Part shown: one piece after another, positions 1 to 9,853 of the stretch | Position numbering within the stretch: position 1 is the stretch's first letter | Layout of the letters: each line of letters opens with the position of its first letter | Assembly (NCBI GenBank): GCA_040285745.1 | Contig: JAUFOR010000006.1 | Location: 496,001 to 560,000 of the forward strand | From: Barthelona sp. PCE | Taxonomy: Eukaryota | Direction: 5' to 3' | DNA length: 64,000 bases | The notes under the pieces: model-generated | Database searches by the model: none | What the model was told of the DNA's origin: nothing | Seen by the model: only the letters and a program-made list of their open reading frames with translations | Made by a program: the position numbers and the translations under genes

Positions 1-142
1 ATCTCATCTCTTAATTAAAAGATGTTTTTAAGAGTTTTTGATTGAATAATAACATTTATGTTGTTTACGAAGGTTTACAAAGTGCTTTTTTTGCACAATA
101 TTACAATTATTTTTTTTTTTTACTTCCTAATACAACAAAAAA

Positions 143-2872
143 TTATTCAGTTCTTACCTTAATAACATGTTTAAAGAATGGGAAAGAAGTGAGTATTTGT
201 GCTAACTCGAATAAACTTAATAAAATCCAATTGCTGCTTAATCTATTACCCAAGAATGCAAAGGCGAAAAGGCAAACAACAATCACTAACTTAGAGAAAA
301 GCAAGTTGATGTCATCACGAGTATACACTTTACGATACATTAAGACTATTGGAATGTAGAAAAAACAAAAGAGCCAATTACTTATCCTGTTGCTTTCAAG
401 AATTAGTGTGGTAAGAAGATTCACAACAACTTGGGACGATAGAACAATTACCTGACTGTCAGTTAGTATTGTTTCATTTTCAATCATATGCTTATCTTCT
501 TTTCTTTGTTTAAACTTGTTAATAAATGTAAGAACCCCCATCCACATGATGCCGTATACTCCTCTACCGATGTAACATATGTCCCAAATCTGCAGAACAG
601 CAATGCTTACAACATAACTGAGGGCCCTCATTACTGTATTAAATCTACTGTTGCCAGTCTCATGGAATAAGAGTGGGAACAAAACAATTACCATCACACT
701 TATAAGTTGAGAGAAAGGCTCGTTTGTGAGCATCAACGAGAATATGCATAATATATATGCGGAAATCAACACAGGGATAGGTTTCCTGACTTCATCAACA
801 AATATAAAACGCATTGCGTTTATAGAGATGGCAATAGCAGCAAATATGACTCCGATTTTGTTGCGGCCGTCCATTGCAAACGTCATGAAGTAAGCACTGG
901 AGAAGCTAGACAGTAATAATCCAATGAGTAACAGATCACGAGTGATGAGATGAATTCTTTCCGTCTTGACGAGAATAGCATATGTTATCACGACAACAAA
1001 CGTTACCAATAGAAGAAGGATCATGTACCAGGGCATGAAGTGGAAGACATAAGGAATATTGAAATGCATTAGACTGACCAATACGAGGAAGATGCCTACG
1101 AAATAGAGGCCTGTGGCAATTTTAGTGTACTGTGGGGTGCAGAACTCACCGCGACATGATGTGATGATCCAAGCAAGTGTAAGAGGACCGACACAAAGCG
1201 TCAAAGTTACAGGTACTTGGGTCAAAGTAGACACAACAAAAAGACTCCAAGCGGCTCCGATTGCAGCAATACGCCACGATAGGACCTTCTCGAAACCACC
1301 CTCCTCTCTGATGACAAGAATTAGGAGAACATAAAAGATCATCAATACTGAAGCACTAACAAACCCGAGATCCTCAAGGGCAAAGAGCTTTAGAGCTGCA
1401 CCAAGTGTGTATTGGTACACAGCCTGGTCGTAATACTTCTTCATTCTGATACCAAATAACCACAGTATAAGAGAGGTCAGAAATACATATGCTGGATAAT
1501 ACCCATGAAAGACTCCATGTCTGATGCGCATGAGACGTGTCTCCAATATGAACAGAGCACAGAATAAAAACGCGCCACAGACCTTGAGCACTGCATGAAT
1601 TAGGGGCATGTACTCTTCCTTTCGAACGTTAATAACGACTGTGATAGTTGCACCGACCATGAATGCGATGACCCACAGGAGAATCTCGTTGTAGTCCTCA
1701 TCGGAGGTAGTTGTATAAGCTGTTGAAGTTGAAAGAATCATGATAAAGACCATTAGGTAGAGTCCAACTATTGTTATTAATTTGGACTCCTTTCCAGCAC
1801 GTTTAGCAAACCTAGATTCGTTCAAGATGAGCGTGTAGAACAAGAAAGTGAAGATGAAAGCAACTATTGGATGATCAATAGCTGAAAATATGCAAGACAT
1901 GATGGCAGACACTGGAAGAATATGGGCACCATTTTCCAGCAGCCCAAACCCCTTGACGAGGACCAGGCATATGTAGAAAGAGGCACCGAGGGCACCCAAC
2001 AGAACAAAAACTAGTGAATCTGAAGAAGGGTCTGTGATGGATACGATAACATATGCCAACGCAATGAACATGCTTGCAGCACGGTATAGGATAACTAAGA
2101 AAGGTTTCTGTTTACGCATGAGAGAAGAAAGTCTTGGAGTAGAGAATGCAGATACAATTACTGATACAGAAATTTGAAAAGCAATCGCTAAAATGAATTT
2201 TAAAAAGCTTTTGTTATACGTCATCTCATGTAAGAATGCGCTAAATGATGCGAATATTTGAAATCCTACAGCAAATAATAAAGAACCTAATATCTTTGAA
2301 TGAATGGTTGTATCTAGGAATTCTGAATCTTCCTCGTCATCATGGTGACCAAAGAAGATACAATACAGGGTCAAGACAACAATAGTTGATGAATATATTG
2401 GTGAAAATCCATGTGAAACAGTTATCAGAGTTAAAGATAATGATGCTGATAGATATAAAAGATTTGTTTCCACAGCGGAGACAAACACGCGGAGAGTATC
2501 CGGGAGGAATTCAAACCACTTAGGAAAACGAAAGACCTGTAATAATGTGGCAATTCCCAACAATGAAGTTGAGAGTGGTCTAAAGAACTGGGATAGTTCT
2601 AAAATACGGAAGCAGGCTATGACATCCATTACTACAACTGCTGCAATCGTGTAAAACATCGATAAAAATGCCAATAACATCATCTTTTGGTTATAGAAGT
2701 ATAATACTGCTGTTAAACCCAGCAGCATGACGTATGGAAACGCACCACCTAGTGTCGTTGCCAGCCAGGCCCATGAGATGATTAGAACTATGATCCTTTT
2801 AACGCTTAGCACCTCTGTATACTCCTTAAACAGCTTGGTGAGCGGTTTTTCGTCATCTGCCTCTTTTACCAT
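143..2872 (-). CDS. Large polytopic membrane protein of unknown family (~909 aa)
   Basis: Long ORF made almost entirely of hydrophobic helical segments with short loops. Start moved from the GTG at 2923 to the first ATG (MVKEADDE). No family motif recognised. Confidence 0.75.
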   Translation of the reverse strand: MVKEADDEKPLTKLFKEYTEVLSVKRIIVLIISWAWLATTLGGAFPYVMLLGLTAVLYFYNQKMMLLAFLSMFYTIAAVVVMDVIACFRILELSQFFRPLSTSLLGIATLLQVFRFPKWFEFLPDTLRVFVSAVETNLLYLSASLSLTLITVSHGFSPIYSSTIVVLTLYCIFFGHHDDEEDSEFLDTTIHSKILGSLLFAVGFQIFASFSAFLHEMTYNKSFLKFILAIAFQISVSVIVSAFSTPRLSSLMRKQKPFLVILYRAASMFIALAYVIVSITDPSSDSLVFVLLGALGASFYICLVLVKGFGLLENGAHILPVSAIMSCIFSAIDHPIVAFIFTFLFYTLILNESRFAKRAGKESKLITIVGLYLMVFIMILSTSTAYTTTSDEDYNEILLWVIAFMVGATITVVINVRKEEYMPLIHAVLKVCGAFLFCALFILETRLMRIRHGVFHGYYPAYVFLTSLILWLFGIRMKKYYDQAVYQYTLGAALKLFALEDLGFVSASVLMIFYVLLILVIREEGGFEKVLSWRIAAIGAAWSLFVVSTLTQVPVTLTLCVGPLTLAWIITSCRGEFCTPQYTKIATGLYFVGIFLVLVSLMHFNIPYVFHFMPWYMILLLLVTFVVVITYAILVKTERIHLITRDLLLIGLLLSSFSSAYFMTFAMDGRNKIGVIFAAIAISINAMRFIFVDEVRKPIPVLISAYILCIFSLMLTNEPFSQLISVMVIVLFPLLFHETGNSRFNTVMRALSYVVSIAVLQIWDICYIGRGVYGIMWMGVLTFINKFKQRKEDKHMIENETILTDSQVIVLSSQVVVNLLTTLILESNRISNWLFCFFYIPIVLMYRKVYTRDDINLLFSKLVIVVCLFAFAFLGNRLSSNWILLSLFELAQILTSFPFFKHVIKVRTE

Positions 2873-3218
2873 TGGTATATAGATACAAGAGCAGTTAGAA
2901 ATGGGAGAGAAATATTGATACACGTGTGTTGAAAAATGATGATTAATTTTTCGTGCTTTCCCAAAGCTTGTTTGATTTGTAGGTCCATGGGGACATTGAG
3001 CCTCATTTAACCAAGTATGAAATGCAATTGTAAAGATAGTGCTTAGATATTTTTTGCAGGTAGGTCACATCTTTGTTGAAAAAAAATTCAGATCCTCTTT
3101 TTCCAAGCTTTATTTATTAAAAAGCCATTATGCTGCTCAATGTTGTGCAGTGCCAATATTCAAGTATTTTGAGAATGAGTGAAAAACGAAACATTGGGTT
3201 AGATACAAACTTTATTGA

Positions 3219-6200
3219 TTATTTGGATGTAGGAGGGTTCGAAGTAACAACCACGTGACCGAATTCCTCAGAAATGACTAGAATGGCTAATTCTCTAACC
3301 TCACTAGCCTTAATAACAGAAGATGAGAAGTAATCAAACGCGCCGAGACGATCAGTGAAACCATCCTTGTAGAAAACAACCTCACCGCTATGCTTACGGC
3401 AGTAAACCTTCACATAACATGAGTGTAAGAACTTCGTTCCATCTCGAATACGTATGACACCGGCTTGTTGAACAGTCTTGGTCTGGAACTTACTAGGATG
3501 GAAGACGAGGGAGCGATCCATACCAACAACAGAAGCCTGGATGAGCAGGGAACGGTCATAAGAAGATAAGTCAATTTCATGGGTACCCTCCTCAGTGAAC
3601 TCCATAACAGTGTCAGCAACAATGTAAGCCTTCAGGGAGGTATCTTTAGAGTTAACAGCAACAGAGAATGGGCTTATTGAGAAAACAGTTTCGATATCCA
3701 GAGGGAATAATCGAACTATACACTTTTCATCATTCTTAAATGAGAGAGTAACATTTGATTGCTCATCAGAATGGACAAGGGTTACAGAAGGTGTGCGCTC
3801 GGAAAGCTTACTGAGCTCACGGAGTCTGTTCAACTCATCATCAGCATCATCAACCTTGTTACTGCGATCGACAACACGTTCCTCGGTTGAAGCATTGAGA
3901 TCAACCTCATCAATCTCCTTAAGTTGGTTGACTACCTCAGCGAAGCGGGAGTGCCATCTCTTAATAAAGAGAGGATTCTCTTCATCAACGTACTTATACG
4001 CAATCTCCCGTGCAACAGTGAGATCACCAAGAGAGAAATCGAGGTAACAGCGGAGATAATCAAGTTGAATTGATTCCTCTTCACGGTTAAGGCGGTCATA
4101 GGATGAGGCCAACTCATTTTCATCAAAGATCTTCTTTGCGGTTTCGACGCGATCAATCAAAATCAGATAGTAACAAAGATAGAGAACCAGGCGTGGGGGA
4201 TATGGTCTAGGGAGGTAGAACATAATGTTGAGGAGCTTACGATATTCGGTCTTAAGGTCATCATTCTGGAACTCGGTTGCCTTACCAGCATCGGTCTTCT
4301 TGAATTCATGCGCACGTGCATTGATGTAGGGAGCAAACTCTACAAAGTCAATTGCCATGGGGTTTTCAATACGTGTAGAGAAGAGCATACTCTCAAATAT
4401 GGGACCGACCTTGAAGAGGGATGAGTAAGTGTTGCTGATGTATAAAGCCAGTGTCTTCCAATCCTCATACTTCCAGCAGAAACGGAGCAACTGAACATCA
4501 ATAATGTGTAATTTCAGCACAGCATCACGAATCATTTCGTAGTTTTCACGGGACTGCTGACAGTGATAGTAAAGATGATGGATAAATCCAATCCACTTAT
4601 GAGAAGGAGTGTTGAACATAAATGCAATCTTCTCCTCCATGGGTGCAAACTTGAATACCCAGGCAGGATCCTCCTTGCGCTCAGCAACTTCAGGTGAGAA
4701 CTCATCAACAACAGTGTAGCTGTTTAGGTGATCGGGGTCAGCGAAAGCCTTGAGTTCTCCATCGACAGAGACGTGTGCGGGGAAGATTGTGCTTGGGGAC
4801 ATACTGGGGAAGTAGAACTTGAACGCAACAGTGTGTGTTGAGTAAGCACCGAGCGTTGCACGGGAGCAACGGGTATGAAGTGTAGATCCCAATGGGATGG
4901 CGTTCATTGGCATCTGGTACAGAACGTCCAATGAAACAGGTGTGTCAGCCATGTTGTATATTGTAATCTCACTCGTGTACATGGTCTTGGTCTTGATCTC
5001 GCCTGCAATTGCCTTACGATCATTGGCGCTATCCCTGAACGGATCCATAATCTTCTGATTCGCAATGATGAGTGACTCACCAGGTTCGTTAACGCTGGCG
5101 TATAGCTGATACAGATGATAGACGTTCTTTGCGCTAGCTGGATCGCAATCATAATCCAAATCACTGAGAGCGAGTGCAAAGAGGGCATCGTGGTAACCAC
5201 CCTGATGTAACAAGTCAAGCATTTGCTCTGAACGGAAGCACCACATGTTCTGAGATGTGATATTATTTTCTTTCTTGAGTTCAAGCAAATGTTCAGCAAA
5301 AGTAAGCCAAAATCCGTTACGGCGGACAAGATGAGAGTGGTTAGCAAACATCGTCATGTTATGCCAACCAGTTTCTTGATAGATGTGAGTTGCTCCAACT
5401 TCTTGATAGAGCTTAGCAGAATCTTTCTTTGCTTCGAAATCATCCATTCTTGGAGTAGAACTACTGGCAGACATAGTGTTACGAAGAGAACTTGATGGCG
5501 GGGTGGTGTCACTGTTCAAAACAGACAAGAAGATACGTGCGTATTCTGAACGTGGCATCTTTGTACGCTCATATACACGACGCATAGTTGTGACATATTG
5601 TTCAAACTCACCAACCTCATCAGTTAATGCACGCATAAGGATTTTCTCAAAGTCACTTAGATGAGCAGGGTTAAACACGGTTGCACGTTCACGGATACCC
5701 TTGATGTGATCCAGATCATCAATACCAATCATGATCTCTTCTAAGAGAGAGTTTTCAGGCTTTGCAATGAGGAGAGGTCTAATCTCAGCGTCGAAGAAGG
5801 GCTTGTCCTTAATAAAAAGATGGAAGAGGACTTCAGTAACAAAATACTTCTTGAGGAGCTTACGCTTCTCTTCAACATCCAAAAGATGCCATCTGTTAAG
5901 GAATGCAAATTCTTGCAACTGTGAGTGACGAGAACGGAGGACAGCGAATAAATCATTGAAGCGAGAAATTGTTCTCTGCTCAATTCCATCAGGGATATCA
6001 GCACGTTCACACTTGAGAACCAAAGATTCGACAAAATGCTCATTAGGGTTGATTGCGACACTCTCAGAGACACGAAGATCACGTGAGAAAGGAACATTCT
6101 TGGGTGATTCATCTGTGGAATAGATTGAGTAGTGGTAACATCCTGTGTTAAAATCGGTGACGACAACAAACACATACTTGGAGTGAGGGGTCAATTGGTT

Positions 6201-9200
6201 GAGAGGAATGGAAACACATGCTCCGTCATCAGGACCAACATCAATACGGTGGTTGAATGACCACTTGGCATTGGAAGCAAGGAATCCCTTGAACTGCTTG
6301 CGGGATGCACCTACGTTCTTGTTCAGACTCATTGATACAGATTGGGTTTGGTAGTCATCATCCATATAACGTTCGCGATCACGAGTGTTCTTCTCACGGA
6401 AGTTCTTCTCGCCTTCATTACCCTTCACATCCTTGTTGCGGGCTTCTCCAATGCAGCGTGGCATGACGAGGGCGCCTGGATGAGGCAGGGTGTTACCAAG
6501 ACGGGGCTCGAGATTCTGCCTACGGTGGATGTACTCCTCCTCATCACCAACAACACGCCCTTCAGAATATGAGGACATCTTGGGACTAATAGAAGCCTTG
6601 GTGGATGGCTGCTGCATCTCAACAGCAGCAAGGTGCTCGTAAATCTCGTAAGTGGAGGGAAGGGTATGCATAGAAGCAATATGCAATCTAGTATCGGGTG
6701 TGGCACCAAACAGCTCAACTGTGAGGCGTTCGACGTTGTCAACAACTTCCTCGGAGACACGAGAGATGGTCAGTGTGCTGTTTTTAACACGGGAGGCCAT
6801 GAAACAACCGTCAAGTAAGAACTCGGTTTCTGTTCTGGGCATGACGGTGATCTTAACCAAACGAGATTCAACACCGCAAACAATATTACGGAAAATGTAC
6901 TCACCAACTGCGGGTGGCATGACGCGCACAGCGGTATCACTAAGTCGTTCAACACAATTGCTGGTCAGATCTTCCAAATATCGGAACTCACCACTGTATA
7001 CCACACCATTATAGAGCCAATAACCCTCAAAGAGAGAATCAACGAGGTTGATAGGGAGGACAATGTCTTCACCTTCTTCGATGACGTAATTACTTACTTG
7101 ATTGGTATGGGATAAAAGGGATGCACCAATTTGGAATTCAACATTGGTTGCGTTGGTGCTGATCGACACAGACTGGATGTGCTTGAGCTCACCCAGGTAA
7201 ATACGACCATCAGCATCTGTACGAAGTGACTTGGTGAAGTCATGAGAGCGGTAGTTGCTCTTGAGGTTGACGTTGACAGGGAAGTTCATAATAGGCTCAG
7301 CGTTGACACCAAGAAGGGAAGCTACATACTTACCGTCACCGTCTGTGGTGAGGAAGATATCGTACAGAGGAACGCTGACAACATGCGGCTTAAGGCTGGT
7401 CTGTTTACGGTAATTATGGCGGGTCTCCTCCTTTGTGAGGGGATCGGTGTACTTGAAGTTGACATGTGTCTCAACGGAGGTGCAGCCGTCAGGAACAAAG
7501 AATCGCACAGGTGTGAAGTCAGCAGGGTCAATGTCGATGTTCTTAAACGTGTGTACGATGGGTTGGCGATCGGAGACAGAGCAAGTGATACTCACATCAA
7601 CTTCTGTAATGGTGTCAATTGGCATCAACTGATGTGAGGCTCTGGCAAAGGGATGCACCAAAATCGTAGCCTCCTTCTGAGAGATGAATGACTCCTCAGT
7701 TGAGATAATTGGACAACCAAGCTGGAGACTGCGGGAGTGAAGCTTGATGTTGAGCATCTCAACATAACCATCCTCGCATGTTACACGCAGTGATTTTTCG
7801 GTTGTTGAGGCTACATATGGAATATGGATGGCGCCACGCTTCTCAATTTCAGGAACATAGTCGATATCACCAAAACGAAGTTTGATACCATCCTTAATAA
7901 CGGCACCAGACTCATCGAGGATGAAAACATGGTTACCAACGCCAACATCAACGGTGAATGTATTGAGCTTACCCTTGAATACAATAGCTCTAAGATTACG
8001 TTTGAGAGCAGTAAAGTCTACAATCCAAACACCACGTTTCTTATTGAAGATATCATGAGTAAAGTTCATGTGATGTAAGATGAAATCTGTTTGCTTCTCA
8101 TCAATGGCAATGATCTCACGAACAGTAGGTTCCCAACCAACTAGATCCAAATCAATGGAAGGAGTTAAGCCCTGATCATAAATTGAAGGAAGATCCAATT
8201 CATAGATGTTAACAGTGACAGACGGGTATCCCTTCATATCGAACGCAATATTAACGTCATCATCAGTACTAAAGATAGAACGATTGCGTTCGTCAAACGT
8301 AAAGACTTGTTCACGGGATGGCAGCGTAAGGTCATACTTAGAAGCAAGGGTTGAACCAACCTGATGCTTAGCCTTTGTGAATAGGCGTTTAAGCTCATCT
8401 TTTTCAACGTAACTTGTAAACTGAGAGATAGAACTTACATCATCACGCTCAAAGTGCTGTACGATGATTTTCCTTCCCCAATCACTAAAATCAGAGTTGG
8501 ATGGATATGAAGCGTTGAATAATTGTACAACAAATGTGAATTCACCACTTAATGAAGCTTTACCTTTGTAGAAAAGAGAAGAACCTTTGAAATACCAGAT
8601 ATCAAGACCTTGGCTGAATACTTCCAATGTCCGAGACATGTCAAAATGACCAACCTTCCATAGTTCCATGACTATGAACATCATTGTTCTGGTACGTAAA
8701 CCAACGAGTTCAACGTTTTTCTTCAATGATTTGGTCAAATCCCAAAGCTTATTTAATGTCCTTACGCGGAGGTCTGTATCCAAACGAAGATCAACACGCC
8801 TGGGATCAGGCATCTGACGACTGAACAGGTTCTCATAAAAGACAACATAATCGCTCATATCACCGAGTGACTTCATGTCTTTAACCTGCCTGGTGGTCAT
8901 CTTGGGAAGTGCTTTTGTGACATCAGTCGCATTACAATACTTAGTCTTGGTGATTTTCTTACAGATTTGATAAAAATTTGGGAATTCGGGTCCATAAGCA
9001 TAGTTAATAACCTCCTTAAGCTTATGTCCATCAACATCACGGTAGTGCTCCTTTGCAACATGATGGTATGCTTCAGGTTTAATACGTGAATGATACTCAT
9101 CTTTAACGTCATCTCTGATCTTTTCAGGGATCATTTCAGATGATTCAGGGGTTAAGATAGAGTCTTGGGGGTTGAAGGTCTGTTGGTTGTCGGTAGAGCG

Positions 9201-9569
9201 GGTGCTCTGACTGTTTAGATCAACACTGACGACATGCTCTTCTGTGGGAGCTTCGATGTTAATGGAAAAGTTCATATTGTAGTCGATAAAATCTCGCAAT
9301 TCATCTTCCATGGGGGCCTCCCCTGTGAATTGGCGCAGTCTCATTCGATCACGAAGGAAGATATACTCTGCACAATTATCATAGTTATCCTTCTTGAACT
9401 TAGCGATAGCTTTTGTTTCTGCATCTGACACCTCGTTGGATGAGAGTTGCATGTCCAGTATCCGGATAAAGTCCTTCTTTCTTGAATCTGGAAGTTTCTC
9501 ATAAAAATCCTTGAAAGAAACGTTAATAACGCGATCTTCAAGCTCTGACAGATTAAAACTGTAATCCAT
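3219..9569 (-). CDS. Giant 2116-aa uncharacterised protein, beta-rich and helical-repeat regions, C-terminal YVKVY...FYKDGFTDRLGAFDY motif
   Basis: 6.35-kb uninterrupted ORF with ATG start and TAA stop; function not assignable. Confidence 0.85.
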   Translation of the reverse strand: MDYSFNLSELEDRVINVSFKDFYEKLPDSRKKDFIRILDMQLSSNEVSDAETKAIAKFKKDNYDNCAEYIFLRDRMRLRQFTGEAPMEDELRDFIDYNMNFSINIEAPTEEHVVSVDLNSQSTRSTDNQQTFNPQDSILTPESSEMIPEKIRDDVKDEYHSRIKPEAYHHVAKEHYRDVDGHKLKEVINYAYGPEFPNFYQICKKITKTKYCNATDVTKALPKMTTRQVKDMKSLGDMSDYVVFYENLFSRQMPDPRRVDLRLDTDLRVRTLNKLWDLTKSLKKNVELVGLRTRTMMFIVMELWKVGHFDMSRTLEVFSQGLDIWYFKGSSLFYKGKASLSGEFTFVVQLFNASYPSNSDFSDWGRKIIVQHFERDDVSSISQFTSYVEKDELKRLFTKAKHQVGSTLASKYDLTLPSREQVFTFDERNRSIFSTDDDVNIAFDMKGYPSVTVNIYELDLPSIYDQGLTPSIDLDLVGWEPTVREIIAIDEKQTDFILHHMNFTHDIFNKKRGVWIVDFTALKRNLRAIVFKGKLNTFTVDVGVGNHVFILDESGAVIKDGIKLRFGDIDYVPEIEKRGAIHIPYVASTTEKSLRVTCEDGYVEMLNIKLHSRSLQLGCPIISTEESFISQKEATILVHPFARASHQLMPIDTITEVDVSITCSVSDRQPIVHTFKNIDIDPADFTPVRFFVPDGCTSVETHVNFKYTDPLTKEETRHNYRKQTSLKPHVVSVPLYDIFLTTDGDGKYVASLLGVNAEPIMNFPVNVNLKSNYRSHDFTKSLRTDADGRIYLGELKHIQSVSISTNATNVEFQIGASLLSHTNQVSNYVIEEGEDIVLPINLVDSLFEGYWLYNGVVYSGEFRYLEDLTSNCVERLSDTAVRVMPPAVGEYIFRNIVCGVESRLVKITVMPRTETEFLLDGCFMASRVKNSTLTISRVSEEVVDNVERLTVELFGATPDTRLHIASMHTLPSTYEIYEHLAAVEMQQPSTKASISPKMSSYSEGRVVGDEEEYIHRRQNLEPRLGNTLPHPGALVMPRCIGEARNKDVKGNEGEKNFREKNTRDRERYMDDDYQTQSVSMSLNKNVGASRKQFKGFLASNAKWSFNHRIDVGPDDGACVSIPLNQLTPHSKYVFVVVTDFNTGCYHYSIYSTDESPKNVPFSRDLRVSESVAINPNEHFVESLVLKCERADIPDGIEQRTISRFNDLFAVLRSRHSQLQEFAFLNRWHLLDVEEKRKLLKKYFVTEVLFHLFIKDKPFFDAEIRPLLIAKPENSLLEEIMIGIDDLDHIKGIRERATVFNPAHLSDFEKILMRALTDEVGEFEQYVTTMRRVYERTKMPRSEYARIFLSVLNSDTTPPSSSLRNTMSASSSTPRMDDFEAKKDSAKLYQEVGATHIYQETGWHNMTMFANHSHLVRRNGFWLTFAEHLLELKKENNITSQNMWCFRSEQMLDLLHQGGYHDALFALALSDLDYDCDPASAKNVYHLYQLYASVNEPGESLIIANQKIMDPFRDSANDRKAIAGEIKTKTMYTSEITIYNMADTPVSLDVLYQMPMNAIPLGSTLHTRCSRATLGAYSTHTVAFKFYFPSMSPSTIFPAHVSVDGELKAFADPDHLNSYTVVDEFSPEVAERKEDPAWVFKFAPMEEKIAFMFNTPSHKWIGFIHHLYYHCQQSRENYEMIRDAVLKLHIIDVQLLRFCWKYEDWKTLALYISNTYSSLFKVGPIFESMLFSTRIENPMAIDFVEFAPYINARAHEFKKTDAGKATEFQNDDLKTEYRKLLNIMFYLPRPYPPRLVLYLCYYLILIDRVETAKKIFDENELASSYDRLNREEESIQLDYLRCYLDFSLGDLTVAREIAYKYVDEENPLFIKRWHSRFAEVVNQLKEIDEVDLNASTEERVVDRSNKVDDADDELNRLRELSKLSERTPSVTLVHSDEQSNVTLSFKNDEKCIVRLFPLDIETVFSISPFSVAVNSKDTSLKAYIVADTVMEFTEEGTHEIDLSSYDRSLLIQASVVGMDRSLVFHPSKFQTKTVQQAGVIRIRDGTKFLHSCYVKVYCRKHSGEVVFYKDGFTDRLGAFDYFSSSVIKASEVRELAILVISEEFGHVVVTSNPPTSK

Positions 9570-9597
9570 TTAGTTTGACAACGTAAAAAAGTGAAAA

Positions 9598-9661
9598 CTG
9601 AAGGAACGAGTGAGAAAAAATTTAACATTATGATAGAGACTGTAGATTACAGCACACTTAC
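9598..9661 (-). other. Candidate 64-nt 5'-UTR spliceosomal intron of the 2116-aa gene
   Basis: Minus strand reads GTAAGT...TTTTCTCAC-TCGTTCCTTCAG, ending 28 nt before the ATG at 9569. No protein-level support. Confidence 0.4.
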
Positions 9662-9853
9662 CATATCGGCTGGTTATCAAGGACATGTCGTTTGTTGGGA
9701 AAAATATCGTTTTACAAGCTGTTTTACCTAAGAATTTTTATAGATATCCTACATTTCAATTGATGCTATTCTTAACTCCTTAGTACACACCACACATCCA
9801 ATCACTCACGCATAACAATTTGCCAAGTGAAGCAATCACATAATAATGCTTAT

